Shown: positions 8,893 to 19,389 of the stretch, one piece after another | Layout of the letters: the number at the start of each line of letters is the position of its first letter | Numbering within the stretch: the stretch's first letter is position 1 | Origin: an uncultured Clostridia bacterium | GTDB taxonomy: Bacteria > Bacillota > Clostridia > TANB77 > CAG-508 | Assembly: GCA_947624405.1 (NCBI GenBank) | Contig: CANQKB010000001.1 | Location: 1-58,293 of the forward strand | Direction of reading: 5' to 3' | Length of the DNA stretch: 58,293 nucleotides | Translations under genes and position numbers: made by a program | The notes under the pieces: model-generated | The model's input: the letters and a program-made list of their open reading frames with translations, nothing else | What the model was told of the DNA's origin: nothing | Databases searched by the model: none

Positions 8893-10665
8893 TTAGAAGT
8901 CTTTAAAACTATATTCTACTTGTTTTTGCCATTTATTTTTTTCACTTTCTACATTATCTTTGAAAATTATTCTTTGTTCTTCTACTGTCATATCTTCTAA
9001 TTTTTCCGCTTCATCATGTTTAGAATAATCATATTTATTACAAATAAACGGTTTCCTTCCTCTTACTATAACAATTTCCTTATTATTATCCAGTTTCAAC
9101 AATTCGTCTGGATTCATTAAATTTCTTTTATTTTTAGAAATGTTTTCTACTCCATAAGTAAATTTACCATCAAAACCTGCTGCTTTCTTTATCGCATTAG
9201 TTTCTACTGTTGCAATTCCTAAATATTCTGTTATGTATTCTGCCGTTAGTATGTCTCCAGCTCCCATACATATCTTTGTATCAGCATTTCCTAAAATTTC
9301 TTGCCATACATCATTATCATATCTATTTTTTAGTTGTGCTATGTTTTGAAATATCATAAATATATTAATCCCCCTACTTCTCGTTGTTGCTAACTTCTTT
9401 TCAAAATCTACAATTCTACCTATATTCGTAAACTCATCTAGTATAAATGAAGTTTCTACATTAAGTTTTCCATTTACATTCATATCAGCTTGTTTTATTA
9501 ATTTTATAAATAAAAAAGAGAAAAACAATGTAGATAAGAAATCAAATGCACTATTGGTATCACTTGTAACAACAAAAACACAAGTTTTTTTATTTCCTAT
9601 ACTTTCAAAATTAATTTCGTCTTTATTAGTTATATTTCTAATTTTATCTGTTTGAAATATCTGAAGTCTTGTTGCAAGTCCTGTAACAACAGACTGCTTT
9701 ACTATATCAGTTGCTTGTGCGTATATATTATAGCTTAATCTTGTTGGTCCAGATGTATCATAAAATATTTTATCAATTTCTTTTATATTTCCACTTGCCA
9801 AGATATCATAAATAAAGCCCAAACTTTTATCTTCTTCTTTTTTTACATAGTTTATAACATATAAAAGTAATGCTTTTAACAAATTTTGTTCTCCTCTGCT
9901 CCAGAACTCATCTCCACCTGACTTTCTATCTAATTGTGTACCTTCTATAACAATTTGACTAAAAATCTGTGCATCCGTTTCATCTTCAACAAAGTTAATA
10001 AACTTTGCACCATTTGAATATACAGGATTAACTAAATTAAATATCTTTACATCATAATTTTTGTATCCGAGATACTTTGCAAGTTTTCTATATAATTCTC
10101 CTTTTGGATCAGTAAAAACTAAACTCATATCTCTCTTTATTGCCTTTTGCAATTCTTCTTGTGCTAGTTCTATTCCGTTAGGTATTGCAAATCCTCTTGA
10201 TTTTTTACTACCACTTGAACCAAATACTACAATATTTTTATTCAAATATGTATTCATAGGCAAGGTAATTATTTCATGTTCATCAGTTTCCCCTAAAATA
10301 ATTCCATCTTTTTTTCCTATACTTAAATATTCTTCTATTTCTTCTCTATTTCCCCAGTCAGCTGTTCCAAATGTTCCATCTTTTTTCTTTAAATTTATTC
10401 CTTCAACTTCTATCTTTGCATTTTGTTTAGTAACCGTTATACTTTTTATAACTAATACTATAATCAAATTTAATATTAGCCAAATTAAACAAATAGTACC
10501 ATTTCTAAATATAACTGTAAACAAATTAAAAATATTTATATCTATTGTTTTTAAATCAATTTGTAAGCATTTTTCTAATACCTCCATAAATCCATTGATT
10601 AAAGGTATTAATAAGACATAAGAACTCAAAAAAAATAAAAGCATTTTAGCTTTCTTCTTTATCAT
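8893..10665 (-). CDS. type IV secretion coupling protein (VirD4/TraG family)
   Basis: N-terminal TM helices, P-loop VVFGSSGSKKSRGFAIPN and Walker B-like FILDEFTNIGRI. Probable start is MIKKKAK at 10665 behind a GGGGGTG RBS. Confidence 0.8.
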   Translation of the reverse strand: MIKKKAKMLLFFLSSYVLLIPLINGFMEVLEKCLQIDLKTIDINIFNLFTVIFRNGTICLIWLILNLIIVLVIKSITVTKQNAKIEVEGINLKKKDGTFGTADWGNREEIEEYLSIGKKDGIILGETDEHEIITLPMNTYLNKNIVVFGSSGSKKSRGFAIPNGIELAQEELQKAIKRDMSLVFTDPKGELYRKLAKYLGYKNYDVKIFNLVNPVYSNGAKFINFVEDETDAQIFSQIVIEGTQLDRKSGGDEFWSRGEQNLLKALLLYVINYVKKEEDKSLGFIYDILASGNIKEIDKIFYDTSGPTRLSYNIYAQATDIVKQSVVTGLATRLQIFQTDKIRNITNKDEINFESIGNKKTCVFVVTSDTNSAFDFLSTLFFSFLFIKLIKQADMNVNGKLNVETSFILDEFTNIGRIVDFEKKLATTRSRGINIFMIFQNIAQLKNRYDNDVWQEILGNADTKICMGAGDILTAEYITEYLGIATVETNAIKKAAGFDGKFTYGVENISKNKRNLMNPDELLKLDNNKEIVIVRGRKPFICNKYDYSKHDEAEKLEDMTVEEQRIIFKDNVESEKNKWQKQVEYSFKDF

Positions 10666-11566
10666 TTGCACCCCCAATCCAATTATCAATTTCTATGATT
10701 TTTGTCTTTTTTGTAAGCAATTCATTGATTTTTCCTATGTTTTCTTTTAATGTTATGAGTTCTAGCTTCTTACCTTGATTTTTATTACTATTATAAAATA
10801 CATTAATTCCATGTACCTTTTCTGTATCTATAAAAGGCATTAGTACTATATATGTTCCATCTTCTTTCTTGTGAATTGCTTTAGTCCATTCTGATAATAA
10901 TATTTCTGTATCTCCATATATTTGTTTTAGCAAACTGTAATTATCAATATTCTCTAATTCTCTCATAAAAGATAAGTTTTTTTCTGTCGGATTTATTATC
11001 ATTGTTGATTCTTTTCCAAATACAAAACTTTTTCTATCTTTCAAAATATCCATATTTTCCATAAATATTATTACATTTTCATATTCTATAATCTTCTGTA
11101 TATCATTTATCACTTGTTTTATATAAACTTTTCCATTATCTTTTGAAATATAATAAATAATTCTTTCACTACCTTTAAATATTAATTTTCCTATGTATTT
11201 TCTACCTACTTGTGTATATTCGCCTCTATCTTTCATATTCCAACTTGCTATGAAATCAATATCACTATTTATTGTAAGCCCTGCAATTTTTGCTACTGCA
11301 CTCATTCTATCTATATATTTTTTCTTTCTACATGTAAAATGATAATTATATCCAAATTCTTTTACAAGCCTTGTTCCTTTATCATCTAATTTAATATATT
11401 TCTTATTTATTCTCATTATATATCTTTCTTGTTCTAAAGTCTTCAACCTCTTTCGTTCATAATCCTTTCCACTATATATCTTCCTGCAATCAACTCCTAA
11501 CATCATTTTATATTTACCTAAAAATATCAAAACTTCTATATCTTTTTCTGTCAATTTTACACTCAC
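10646..11566 (-). CDS. replication-relaxation family protein (winged-helix)
   Basis: LTEKDIEVLIFLGKYKMMLGVDCRKIY...RKRLKTLEQERYIMR matches the replication-relaxation pattern. I prefer the GTG start at 11566 behind AGGAGG. The longer ORF to 11662 would contain an in-frame CGG at 11636-11638. Confidence 0.6.
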   Translation of the reverse strand: MSVKLTEKDIEVLIFLGKYKMMLGVDCRKIYSGKDYERKRLKTLEQERYIMRINKKYIKLDDKGTRLVKEFGYNYHFTCRKKKYIDRMSAVAKIAGLTINSDIDFIASWNMKDRGEYTQVGRKYIGKLIFKGSERIIYYISKDNGKVYIKQVINDIQKIIEYENVIIFMENMDILKDRKSFVFGKESTMIINPTEKNLSFMRELENIDNYSLLKQIYGDTEILLSEWTKAIHKKEDGTYIVLMPFIDTEKVHGINVFYNSNKNQGKKLELITLKENIGKINELLTKKTKIIEIDNWIGGANDKEES

Positions 11567-11758
11567 ATTATCCGTTTCCTCCTTTCTAAAATTTACACAT
11601 AAGACACACCCTATTTTCTCTGTTTTCAACTTGCCCCGTTTCATACCTCTTAAACTCGACACATAGTAATTTGATGTTTTGCTATATTTTTCAAATTTCT
11701 TAATATGTCTAAAATATCCGTTTGCGTTTGCTCAAAAAAAGCCTCATTCGGATATTTT

Positions 11759-12361
11759 TTACATATCCGTTTGAAGCATATTTTGTATCCTCTCTAGCAT
11801 TTTATTTCCTCTAAATACATATACCTCTGTATATGGCTTCTTATTTTTTTCTGTTGTTCCGAAAACACCATAAAACATATTTGATATATTATCATCTGCA
11901 ATTACTTTTGATAGCACCAAACCATCTATAATAGGTTTTACAAACTTATTATCTATATCATTATTCCTTTGATTTTCAACTATTTTTATAAATACAAATA
12001 CTAGCTCTTTATTAAAAAGATTTTCATATTTCTTTGTACTTTCCATTACATTAAACATAATATTTTTATAAGCATAGTTATTTATGTTTTTAAATTTTGG
12101 CATTACTTCTGGAATATATATTTTCAATACATCATTCTCTAATGTCGCATTATATCTTTTGTTTACAAAGTCAATTTTTTCTAAATCATTTACTTCATAT
12201 TTATCTTGTATTTTTATTTTATTAAATATGTTATACCTAATTCTTTCTAAGTTTCTTAAAAATTTTTCTATATGCTTATTTTCTACTTCTTCTTTATTGT
12301 TTAAAACAAATTCTAGTTCATTTTGTAAATTTTCTAGTTCTGTCAATATTTCTTTTTGCAT
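11759..12361 (-). CDS. RusA-like endodeoxyribonuclease domain protein
   Basis: DIDNKFVKPIIDGLVLSKVIADDN resembles the RusA DxDN...D..DD motif. Start is at 12361 behind a GGAGGG RBS. Confidence 0.5.
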   Translation of the reverse strand: MQKEILTELENLQNELEFVLNNKEEVENKHIEKFLRNLERIRYNIFNKIKIQDKYEVNDLEKIDFVNKRYNATLENDVLKIYIPEVMPKFKNINNYAYKNIMFNVMESTKKYENLFNKELVFVFIKIVENQRNNDIDNKFVKPIIDGLVLSKVIADDNISNMFYGVFGTTEKNKKPYTEVYVFRGNKMLERIQNMLQTDM

Positions 12362-12564
12362 ACTTTTCCCTCCTTTGTAAAAAGCAAAAGATACAGGCTT
12401 TAGTTGCTTGTATCTTTGCATATTATTTCTATGATTCTTTCAGTGAATAAGAATCAACTTTTTTTATAATTAAATTACCCATATAATGAACATTTAGACG
12501 TTACTAATACACATTTTTTTAAAATTTCTTGACTTTTTTATAGAAAATAGAGTATAATAAATAT

Positions 12565-12650
12565 AGGAAATGGAGAAACCACAAACGTGGTTTGCCAGTA
12601 ATTTGTAAAAACACATCTTACCGTTCAAAGTAACAGATGTGTTTTTTATT
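12565..12650 (+). ncRNA. candidate antisense/antitoxin small RNA
   Basis: Promoter TTGACT-18-TATAAT at about 12530-12559. 5' hairpin GAAACCACAAACGTGGTTTGCC. The transcript ends at the shared hairpin at 12607-12647 followed by a T-run. It is convergent with the small hydrophobic ORF. Confidence 0.35.
12607..12647. terminator. bidirectional rho-independent terminator
   Basis: AAAAACACATCT-loop-AGATGTGTTTTT, with T-runs on both strands. Confidence 0.6.
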
Positions 12651-12653
12651 TGT

Positions 12654-12764
12654 CTATTTGCTTAAAAATATTACGAATATAATTAAGGCAAATACTATAA
12701 TAGTTTCGACAACTAAAGCAAATAAAAGTAAGTATATTATTTCTAATAAAACTGCTTCTATCAT
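12654..12764 (-). CDS. 36-aa hydrophobic peptide, type I toxin candidate
   Basis: GGAGGTGG RBS then MIEAVLLEIIYLLLFALVVETIIVFALIIFVIFLSK. Below the ORF-track length cutoff. Confidence 0.4.
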   Translation of the reverse strand: MIEAVLLEIIYLLLFALVVETIIVFALIIFVIFLSK

Positions 12765-12922
12765 AGCACCACCTCCATTCTAAAGGACAAGCCTTTATAT
12801 GTAAAGTGGCAAACCACATCTGCTTATTCTCATTTCCTATAATAATTATTTTATAACATTATCTTTATTCTGTCTATATCATTCGTACATTTTTTCAAAA
12901 AAATTTTACCTCTAACAATTAT

Positions 12923-13669
12923 TTATTTTATACTCTTTTCAAAATGCTGATAATCTTTTTTTCCACTCCATTCTCCTCCCCATGTCCAACCTCTTTTAAT
13001 AAAAGCATTATAAAGCACATCCCCTTTTTTTATAACGCCCTTTTCATCAATATCTCTATCAACAAATCTACCTGCATTTACTGGAGAAACATATTCTCCT
13101 ACAATATATGGATTATATAATGGATTAACATCAATAGCCACCCCTAAAGAATGCTCAGACAACTTATTTGTATTAGCAATTTTTCTATAACAAAAAGCAG
13201 ATGTATTATTATTCTCCATCGATTCTTCGTCATTTGCATTATATTCATCAATTAACTTTATTTTTTCAATAGGATATTTTTCTTTATATACCTCTTTAAA
13301 AATATCTAATATCTCCTGTGCGACTTCCTTATTTACAATCATTTCACCAATATGAGTTTTATCATCAAATCCCCAATATGTTATTTTTAGATAAGACAAA
13401 TTATTTACATCAACATCGTTTTGATTTTCTAAAGGTATAGACTTTCCTCTCATTTTATTTAAAACACTTTCTGGTATAGCAGAAACTTCAAAAACTTCAT
13501 CCATACTATTCTCCTCAATATTATCATCTAATTGAGATTCTATATAATTTTCTTGTGTAAAAAAATTGGAATTAACATCATAACTATTTTGATTATTAAT
13601 ACTTAAAATAACTATAAAAAATAAAATTGAAACGAACAAAAAAGCTTTTTTTATATTAATCAACTCCAC
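12923..13669 (-). CDS. M15 family (VanY/VanX-like) D-Ala-D-Ala metallopeptidase, membrane-anchored
   Basis: SEHSLGVAIDVNP (SxHxxGxAxD) and WTWGGEW...DYQHFE motifs, with an N-terminal TM helix. Confidence 0.75.
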   Translation of the reverse strand: MELINIKKAFLFVSILFFIVILSINNQNSYDVNSNFFTQENYIESQLDDNIEENSMDEVFEVSAIPESVLNKMRGKSIPLENQNDVDVNNLSYLKITYWGFDDKTHIGEMIVNKEVAQEILDIFKEVYKEKYPIEKIKLIDEYNANDEESMENNNTSAFCYRKIANTNKLSEHSLGVAIDVNPLYNPYIVGEYVSPVNAGRFVDRDIDEKGVIKKGDVLYNAFIKRGWTWGGEWSGKKDYQHFEKSIK

Positions 13670-13708
13670 ACTAAAATATATTACTAAAATCTTATTAATA
13701 TAACTAAG

Positions 13709-13966
13709 CTATTTTAAATAAATTAAAGTAACACCTTTATTATATGGAATTACCTTTCTTTCTATTCTTTTATGTTTAAATTCTTTTCTAACCATATTTA
13801 AAATGGTTTGTCCTTTATGATATCCATGAATTACTACAATTTCCTTAATCTTATATGTTGCCGTATCTATTGCGTTTTCCAAATAAAATCGTGCCTCATC
13901 TACTTGCATATTATGCAAATCTAACACGATTTTTTCATCTTCTGCAATAAACATATCATCAAGCAT
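13709..13966 (-). CDS. Smr domain protein
   Basis: 85 aa. LDLHNMQVDEARFYLENAI...VVIHGYHKGQ is the Smr signature. Confidence 0.7.
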   Translation of the reverse strand: MLDDMFIAEDEKIVLDLHNMQVDEARFYLENAIDTATYKIKEIVVIHGYHKGQTILNMVRKEFKHKRIERKVIPYNKGVTLIYLK

Positions 13967-14026
13967 CTCTACCTCCTCAAAATAAAAATTAGGGGTATAA
14001 TACCCCTATATTTTTATAATTATACC

Positions 14027-14272
14027 CTAAATATAAAAGATTGATAACAAAATAGCAAGAACTGCAAAAGCTATTCCTAAAGTAATTGTTAATCTTTTCA
14101 TTCTACCTTCTTTTGTTCTGCCTTTATTTTGATTATAGAAATTATTAGTACTTGAACCTGTTATTGTACTAGTTACACCACTACTTTCTTTGCTTTGAAT
14201 TAAAGTAAGTACAATTAGCACCAATGTCACAACTACATATATAATTAATAATATATATTTTAAAAATCCCAT
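14027..14272 (-). CDS. secG: preprotein translocase subunit SecG
   Basis: 81 aa with two TM helices flanking a Gly/Ser/Thr/Asn-rich loop. LTLIQSKESSG is the typical SecG motif. Confidence 0.8.
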   Translation of the reverse strand: MGFLKYILLIIYVVVTLVLIVLTLIQSKESSGVTSTITGSSTNNFYNQNKGRTKEGRMKRLTITLGIAFAVLAILLSIFYI

Positions 14273-14441
14273 TTTTATCTCATTCCTTTCTAAAGTTCAA
14301 ACATAAAGTTGCTCTTTCTCATTTCATAGGAAAAAACAATAAATGCATATTTTATTTACACACTATTTCCTTACATTCTAATCGCAGAATATATTTTATC
14401 ACAAAAAACTTAGAAATGCAATGTTTTTTGTATAAAAACTT

Positions 14442-15656
14442 TTATATTTCCAATTTTTGATATATTTTCTTGCCTTTTCTAAGTATAGCATATCCCTCAC
14501 TAAAATCTTTTTCTGATAACTTATAATTTACATCTGTTATTTTTTCATCATTTAGAGAAATTCCTCCTTGTTCAATAAGCTTTCTTGCTTGCCCTTTAGA
14601 AGGTGCAATTTCTGCCAAAACAATTGCATCTACTAATAAAATATCTTTACTTTCAAGTTTTGTTTTAGGCATATTTTCTACACTACCATTTCCTTCAAAC
14701 AAAGCCTTTGCAGTCTCTTCTGCTTTTTTAGCTTCATTTTCTCCATGTATTAACTTAGTTATTTCATATGCAAGCATTTTCTTAGTTTCATTTATTCTCT
14801 CATCTTTATAACTTGAAAGTTCTTCAACTTTTTCCATTGGAATATATGTCAACATACTCATTACTGTTTTTACATCTTGATCATCAATATTTCTCCAGTA
14901 TTGATAAAACTCATATGGAGATGTTTTACTAGCATCAAGCCATAAAGCACCTTTTTCAGTTTTACCCATTTTTTTACCTTCTCTAGTAGTTAAAAGTTTA
15001 AATGTTAAACCAAATGCATCATTATGGCCAATTTTTCTAATTAGTTCAACTCCTCCAATTATATTTGACCACTGATCATTTCCTCCCATTTGCAATTTAC
15101 AACCATATTTATCATGTAAATATAAAAAATCATATGATTGCATTACCATATATCCCATTTCAAAAAATGTTAACCCTGTTTCCAATCTTTGTTTATAACA
15201 TTCTGCTGCTAACATCCTATTAATTGAAAAATGAACACCGATTTCTCTCATAAAATCTATATATTTCAATCCAAGTAACCAATCTGCATTATTAACAATT
15301 ATTGCAGCGTTTTCACCTTCAAAAGATAAAAATTTAGCCATCTGTTTTTTGAAACACTCTACATTATGGTCAAGCTCTTCACGTGTTAGCATTTTTCTCA
15401 TATCTTGCTTACCTGATGGATCCCCTATAGTAGCTGTTCCACCACCAATTAATATAATAGGCTTATGACCTGCTTTTTGTAGATGTGATGCAACCATTAG
15501 TGATATAAAATGTCCCACATGTAAACTATCTGCAGTTGGATCAAATCCAATATAAAAAGGCACACCTGGTTTTGATAACAATTCTTCTATTTCTTTTTCG
15601 TGTGTTAACTGTTCTATATATCCTCTCTCTCTTAAAGTATCTAGTACATTTGCCAT
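14442..15656 (-). CDS. tyrS: tyrosine--tRNA ligase
   Basis: HIGH motif (DSLHVGHF), KMSKS-like KKMGKT and a C-terminal S4 domain. Start is [16 protein letters not shown] at 15656 behind a GGATGGAGAG RBS. Confidence 0.9.
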   Translation of the reverse strand: MANVLDTLRERGYIEQLTHEKEIEELLSKPGVPFYIGFDPTADSLHVGHFISLMVASHLQKAGHKPIILIGGGTATIGDPSGKQDMRKMLTREELDHNVECFKKQMAKFLSFEGENAAIIVNNADWLLGLKYIDFMREIGVHFSINRMLAAECYKQRLETGLTFFEMGYMVMQSYDFLYLHDKYGCKLQMGGNDQWSNIIGGVELIRKIGHNDAFGLTFKLLTTREGKKMGKTEKGALWLDASKTSPYEFYQYWRNIDDQDVKTVMSMLTYIPMEKVEELSSYKDERINETKKMLAYEITKLIHGENEAKKAEETAKALFEGNGSVENMPKTKLESKDILLVDAIVLAEIAPSKGQARKLIEQGGISLNDEKITDVNYKLSEKDFSEGYAILRKGKKIYQKLEI

Positions 15657-15759
15657 ACTCTCCATCCCTTTCTGCATAAATTTTACATCTATTTTAACAC
15701 ATTTCATAAAAAAATGGAATACTTCTTTTAAAGAAATATCCCATTTTTTCGACTTTTTT

Positions 15760-16182
15760 TTAATCAATTTGTATTAACTTCTTTCCCTCAATTTGTTTTT
15801 TATCTTCTTTTGGGAAAGTTAAAGTTAATGTACCATTTTTAAAGCTTGCTTTAATGTCCTCCTCTTTAACATCCTCCCCTGTATAAAAACTTCTTGAACA
15901 TTCTCCAACAAATCTTTCTTTATATATATATCCTTCTTTTTCTTCATCTACTTTTGTATTAGCTTTTGCTGTTACTGTAAGATATCCATTTTCAAGCTCT
16001 ATTTGTATATCTTCTTTGTTATATCCCGGTACATCAATTTCTATAATGTAATTTCCGTCTTTTTCCTTAACATCTGTTTTCATTACTCCGTGATTTTTTC
16101 TTCTTCCCTCTTCTTCAAAAAATGGATCATTAAAAAAACTGTCAAAAACATCGTAATTTCTTTTTCTTGGTACTAATAACAT
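15760..16182 (-). CDS. Hsp20/alpha-crystallin family small heat-shock protein
   Basis: Alpha-crystallin core [39 protein letters not shown]...[12 protein letters not shown]. The second ATG at 16182 has the AGGAAG RBS. Confidence 0.85.
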   Translation of the reverse strand: MLLVPRKRNYDVFDSFFNDPFFEEEGRRKNHGVMKTDVKEKDGNYIIEIDVPGYNKEDIQIELENGYLTVTAKANTKVDEEKEGYIYKERFVGECSRSFYTGEDVKEEDIKASFKNGTLTLTFPKEDKKQIEGKKLIQID

Positions 16183-16264
16183 AATAAATCTACTTCCTTT
16201 CATTTATTTTATATTATTATTTGGAAAAGTACTTTTTCTTATGCATTTATTATATAATTTATTT

Positions 16265-16291
16265 TTAGCACTGTCAATAGTAGAGTGCTAA
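16265..16291. promoter_or_regulatory. CIRCE operator (HrcA binding site) upstream of hsp20
   Basis: TTAGCACTG-TCAATAGTA-GAGTGCTAA against consensus TTAGCACTC-N9-GAGTGCTAA. Confidence 0.8.
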
Positions 16292-16653
16292 AAATATTGT
16301 AAATTTTTTGTGAACAAAGAAATTTTTTCCAAATAATCTCTTATTTGCTTTTTAAACTAATAAAAATTATTAAGTAGTTTACATATATTTCACTAATTTT
16401 CTCTCTTCATAATATAACATTATAGACAAATCTCTCTCAATAGCTTTATAAACTTAATATAATATTTATAATTTCTATTATGCATTATGTTTACAAAACT
16501 ATTGACGAATATATTAAACTAGTATAAAATATGAATATTGAGAATAAAGTATTTTATAATTCTTTATTCTTTAAATTTTGAAAATATCAAAAGTTATAAT
16601 ATAATTTTAGGATACTTATATACTAAATATCCTAAAAAGGGGGAAATAGCATA

Positions 16654-17523
16654 ATGAAAGTAAGAAAAGCCGTTATACCAATTGCAGGTTTTGCTACCAG
16701 ATTTTTGCCAGCCTGCAAAGCAGTTCCAAAATGCATGCTTACTATACTAGATAAACCTATCATTCAATACATTGTTGATGAAGCAGTACAATCTGGTATC
16801 GAAGAAATTGTAATGATTATCGGAAGAAAAAAAGAAGTAATACAAGACTATTTTATGGAAGATGATGAACTTAGAAATTTCCTTATAGAACGAGACAAAG
16901 AGAAATTTATTCCACAAGTAACAAACCTTGCTCATGGTACAAAATTACACTTCATTGAACAAACTGGTGGTGCTAAAGGATTAGGTCATGCCATATATCA
17001 AGCAAAAGATATTATAGGTAATGAACCATTTGCTATATTATATGGTGACGTAGTTTTCCACGGTGAAAAACCTTGTTTAAAAGAAATAATTGAGAAACAC
17101 GAATTATGTGGTGGCTCTGTAATAGGTGTAGAAAAAGTTGATTGGAAGGATGTACCAAAATATGGTAATGTTTCTGGTGTTCAAATTGAAGAAGGTTTTT
17201 ATAAAGCTGAAAAATTACAAGAAAAACCTCAAATTGAAGAAACAAAATCAAATCTTGCAATCTCTGATAGACATGTATTAATGCCAGATATATTCAAGTT
17301 TTTAGAAAATACCAAACCAGGTAAAGGTGGCGAAATTCAAGTAACAGATGCATATAATGCTATGGTCAATACAAAAGAAGGCGTTTATGCATATGATTAT
17401 AAAAGTACTAGATTTGATTCAGGAGATAAACTTGGATTTGTTATGGCTGCTGTTGATGAAACATTAAATAGACCAGAACTTCGTGAACCATTTATTAAAT
17501 TCTTAAAAAGTTTAGATATTTAA
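16654..17523 (+). CDS. galU: UTP--glucose-1-phosphate uridylyltransferase
   Basis: MKVRKAVIPIAGFATRFLPACKAVPKCML matches the GalU N-terminal nucleotide-binding motif. RBS AAAGGGGGAAA. Confidence 0.9.
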   Translation: MKVRKAVIPIAGFATRFLPACKAVPKCMLTILDKPIIQYIVDEAVQSGIEEIVMIIGRKKEVIQDYFMEDDELRNFLIERDKEKFIPQVTNLAHGTKLHFIEQTGGAKGLGHAIYQAKDIIGNEPFAILYGDVVFHGEKPCLKEIIEKHELCGGSVIGVEKVDWKDVPKYGNVSGVQIEEGFYKAEKLQEKPQIEETKSNLAISDRHVLMPDIFKFLENTKPGKGGEIQVTDAYNAMVNTKEGVYAYDYKSTRFDSGDKLGFVMAAVDETLNRPELREPFIKFLKSLDI

Positions 17524-17535
17524 TTAATAACAAAA

Positions 17536-17576
17536 AATAAATATATATCGCAAAACCGATATATATTTATTTTTTA
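17536..17576 (+). terminator. rho-independent terminator after galU
   Basis: AAATATATATCG-CAAAAC-CGATATATATTT followed by a T-run. Confidence 0.6.
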
Positions 17577-17749
17577 TATATTAAAAATGTGCATTTTAAC
17601 CCCAAAAAATTTTTTTCACAATCAAAGATTATGAATAATTTTGCCAATTTTTAAAATACCCATTTAAAATAAAAATTGCAGATTTTTTTAGTTTTTATAC
17701 AAATGCACATATGTGTTATGAAAAATAGCTACACAATTTTTTAATACTT

Positions 17750-18283
17750 TTACAATATAAATAGCGCATATATTTCAATCTTATTATTCTTAACAGTTTT
17801 ATCCAATTCTTTCCTTATATCATCATACTTTTTAATCAACTTTTCTCTTATATCCTCAGATAAACTCCTTACTTTAAATTTATAGGCTTCTTCATTGTCC
17901 TTTATTAAAACATGCAAATCAGCTTTATATATACCGTTGTATAACTCTGTTTTAGCACTTTCATAATCTTTTTCCTTGTAGTTTTCTTTTATAAAACTAT
18001 TTAAAAGTATTTCTGGTAGTTCTGGTACTTTATAAAAATATCTTGCTATAAATTCACTACAAATATCTGAAGCATTTATTGTAAAAATACATTGGTCTTT
18101 TTCAATATTACAGTAATTCTTCAATAATTCAATTTCTTTATTTTCTCCATTAAATGTTGCTACATAAAATCCAATTTTTAAACTCATTTTCCCCTCTATC
18201 TTTTCATTTGAATTTATCCAAACATAAATTTTTGAACTTTCATTCAACATTGTTAGTATAACACATAATATATAACTTGCCAA
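17750..18283 (-). CDS. hypothetical protein
   Basis: 177-aa ORF. The start is uncertain and MSLKIGFYVA is an internal candidate. No family recognised. Confidence 0.4.
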   Translation of the reverse strand: MASYILCVILTMLNESSKIYVWINSNEKIEGKMSLKIGFYVATFNGENKEIELLKNYCNIEKDQCIFTINASDICSEFIARYFYKVPELPEILLNSFIKENYKEKDYESAKTELYNGIYKADLHVLIKDNEEAYKFKVRSLSEDIREKLIKKYDDIRKELDKTVKNNKIEIYALFIL

Positions 18284-18385
18284 GTATCTTTTTTTATCTT
18301 TTTAATTTGTCGTTTTTTGCGTTTTTTTGTTACAATTAGTATTTTTTAGTCTTTTTCGTGCAATATTTTTCGAAATTTTTTTGCA

Positions 18386-19177
18386 TTATTTGTATTTTTT
18401 TATTCTAATTATTAACTTTTCGCTTTTATTATTACCAATAATTTCCTCAATGATTGCTTTTCCATATCCTCTAATTGCTAAAATATCTTTTTCATTTATT
18501 TCCTTAGATATCTTTTTTTCAACTTTCGTATTTACAAATATTTTTTCCTGTTTAATTAATTCTTCAGCTTTATTCCTAGAAACTTTAAGTAGGCTCGAAA
18601 TAATTGCATCAATTCTCATGGAAACTACTGTAATTTTTATCATCTCAAATTCTTGCTCTTTTATTTCCACTTCCTTAAAATTTATAATTTCAATCTTTGC
18701 TTTTGCAAATCTAGTAAATTCCTTCAAACTTTTTAATATATATTCAGCATTTTCTTCTAAAACAAAAATACATGCCCCATCCTTCTCTACAACTATATCT
18801 CCTATTCTATTTCTATTTAATCCTGCTTTCATAACAGTACCTAAATAATCACGATGATTATATTTTCCTTCAACTTCTTTTGGTATTTTTATCTTTATTA
18901 CTTTAATTATATTTTCTAAATTTTTATTTACTATATCCATTTCAAATTTTTCAGGATACAATACAAGTATCTTTCCTTCCGCTTCTTCATATCCACCAAA
19001 AAACAAATAGTTCTTTATTTTATTTTTATTCAATTCTTTTTGAATTATTTCTCTTTGATATGGTGTTAAAAATTCAGTATGTACAATTTTATTTCTACTT
19101 TTACATATTTTTACTTTATCCATAATTTTTGCAACAATTAATTTATCCTCAACTTGTTCCATAATTTCTCCTGCCAT
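18386..19177 (-). CDS. YlmH-like RNA-binding S4 domain protein
   Basis: 263 aa. C-terminal S4 motif MRIDAIISSLLKVSRNKAEELIKQEKIFVN. Size and architecture fit YlmH. Confidence 0.7.
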   Translation of the reverse strand: MAGEIMEQVEDKLIVAKIMDKVKICKSRNKIVHTEFLTPYQREIIQKELNKNKIKNYLFFGGYEEAEGKILVLYPEKFEMDIVNKNLENIIKVIKIKIPKEVEGKYNHRDYLGTVMKAGLNRNRIGDIVVEKDGACIFVLEENAEYILKSLKEFTRFAKAKIEIINFKEVEIKEQEFEMIKITVVSMRIDAIISSLLKVSRNKAEELIKQEKIFVNTKVEKKISKEINEKDILAIRGYGKAIIEEIIGNNKSEKLIIRIKKYK

Positions 19178-19389
19178 AAAACTTTAGTATATTATATACC
19201 TTATGTACTAATTAAAGCTTCAAATAACTGCTAATAATCATATATTAATACTAGAAAACTTTCATAACTTTGCAGATATTTTCTCAAACTAAATAGCCAT
19301 AATTAAAACAATTTATTTAAATTCCCCATCAATATAATCAAAGACTATTGATGGGGAGACTTTGTATTTATTAATTAAAACACTTATAT

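Noticed and set aside
10061-10621. 186-aa plus-strand ORF antisense to the VirD4/TraG gene. Similar antisense ORFs occur inside asnB, the NRPS, ABC-F, the histidine kinase, VanW, GldG and other genes.
   Set aside because: All are shadow ORFs opposite strongly supported genes with recognisable motifs. Their composition is typical of antisense AT-rich sequence.
10646-11662. The long version of the replication-relaxation ORF, which contains an in-frame CGG (11636-11638) apparently read as Arg
   Set aside because: The CGG lies in a poorly supported N-terminal extension (MSSLRGMKRGKL...). A GTG at 11566 with an AGGAGG RBS starts right before the conserved winged-helix region, so the CGG is probably untranslated leader.
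15657-15770. T-box leader upstream of tyrS
   Set aside because: Only about 100 nt separate the hsp20 stop from the tyrS start. I could not find a specifier-loop, T-box sequence or terminator/antiterminator arrangement.
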